48,029 bases of DNA. Origin: Bacteroidales bacterium. Lineage in GTDB: Bacteria > Bacteroidota > Bacteroidia > Bacteroidales > UBA4181. The notes below the pieces were generated by a model that worked only from the letters and a program-made list of their open reading frames with translations, was not told where the DNA came from and did no database searches. Location: NCBI GenBank assembly GCA_031271175.1, contig JAISWE010000006.1:1-48029 (forward strand), given 5' to 3'. This document shows positions 47,290-48,029 of this stretch, in pieces. Every line of letters begins with the position of its first letter. Within the stretch, counting starts at the first letter, position 1. A program made the translations under genes and the position numbers.

Positions 47290-47562
47290 ATTACAGAAAA
47301 ATTCATTTCATTTACAGAAAAATTCATTTCATTTACAGAAAAATTCGTTTCATTTACACGCGCGCATACGTCATTTACACGCGCGCATACGCCATTTACA
47401 TGCGCGCATACGCCATTTACACGCGCGCATACGACATTTACACGCGCGCATACGCCATTTACACGCGAACATACGCCATTTACACGCGAACATACGCCAT
47501 TTACACGCGAATATACGCCATTTACACGCGCGCATACGTCGCTTACATGCGAATATGCGTCT
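47290..47562. repeat. 21-bp tandem array (~13 units, two sub-types)
   Basis: Units start every 21 bp from 47290 to 47542. The first 3 are tttacagaaaaattcatttca; the rest are tttacacgcgMRcatacgcca. Confidence 0.93.
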
Positions 47563-47587
47563 CTCGTATCCATATTTATTTCAGCGC

Positions 47588-47645
47588 TGTTCATTATTCA
47601 CTATTCGTTATTCGTTATTCATTGTTCACTATTCACTATTCATTA
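47588..47645. repeat. Heptamer tandem repeat (ttcacta/ttcgtta/ttcattg)
   Basis: About 8 degenerate 7-bp units. Confidence 0.8.
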
Positions 47646-47658
47646 GATGAAGCCTGCT

Positions 47659-47962
47659 CATTCCGTAGGAATGAATCGCTCGGTAGAAAAGAAAATATTC
47701 CGGTGATAGTCGGCATCCCGTGGGGATGCATCCCTACGGGATGCCGGAGAAGGGACGTCGGCGTTTTCTACCGAGCGATAATCCCTATCGGGATAACATT
47801 CGGCGTTTTCTACCGAGCGATAATCCCTATCGGGATACCATTCGGCGTTTTCTACCGAGCGATAATCCCTATCGGGATAACACTCGGCGTTTTCTACCGA
47901 GCGATAATCCCTATCGGGATAACATTCGGCGTTTTCTACCGAGCGATAATCCCTATCGGGAT
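47659..47962. repeat. REP/REPIN-like inverted-repeat element with its right arm amplified as 5 x 42 bp
   Basis: Left arm atcgctcggtagaaaa (47675-47690) is the reverse complement of ttttctaccgagcgat in each 42-bp unit (47761, 47803, 47845, 47887, 47929). A central 36-bp near-perfect palindrome lies at 47711-47746. Confidence 0.88.
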
Positions 47963-48029
47963 AGCATAAGGCAGCGCTTCGCCGGAACAGGGAAGCGTCC
48001 GGACGGCCAAAAGCCGCCGGTTTTTCTAT

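Noticed and set aside
47761-47962. CRISPR array (hairpin-containing repeats)
   Set aside because: The 42-bp units are nearly identical end to end; only 1-2 bases vary, so there are no spacers.
47257-47969. Repeat-encoded ORFs (FTRAHTP, YRAIIPIGI)
   Set aside because: Open frames follow automatically from stop-free 21/42-bp units. Overlapping ORFs exist on both strands and there is no independent evidence of coding.

Overview
This is a chromosomal window from a Bacteroidales bacterium, judged from TAnnTTTG (-7)/TTTG (-33) promoters, type IX secretion substrates and a PorP/SprF gene. It holds mostly housekeeping genes: V-ATPase B, leuC, cysD, pstB, ybeY, uxaE/uxuB/kdgK, nikR, folC, nagB, ffh, nadK, hyfB, ruvA, fsr, glpD, yidC, tRNA-Arg and tRNA-Lys. 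It also holds a 10-kb gene for a 3357-aa PKD/Ig-repeat surface protein with a type B T9SS C-terminal domain, next to its PorP/SprF partner. I see no CRISPR array, prophage, intact transposase or recognisable defence system. The unusual signals are mostly non-coding. (1) A ~45-bp promoter module occurs three times (778-823, 10026-10072, 41824-41866) in front of unrelated genes, and one copy abuts a probable IS110-like relic. (2) Many subunits of normally operonic complexes stand alone, most with their own promoter. (3) There are several intergenic tandem arrays with periods of 21, 22, 23 and 42 bp, including a palindromic 23-mer array upstream of the giant adhesin and a REPIN-like element with an amplified arm. 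(4) There is an IS4 relic next to a Bdr/DUF1640-like coiled-coil gene, and a GH16-fold protein lacking its catalytic motif. All calls come from reading motifs by eye; no database searches were run.
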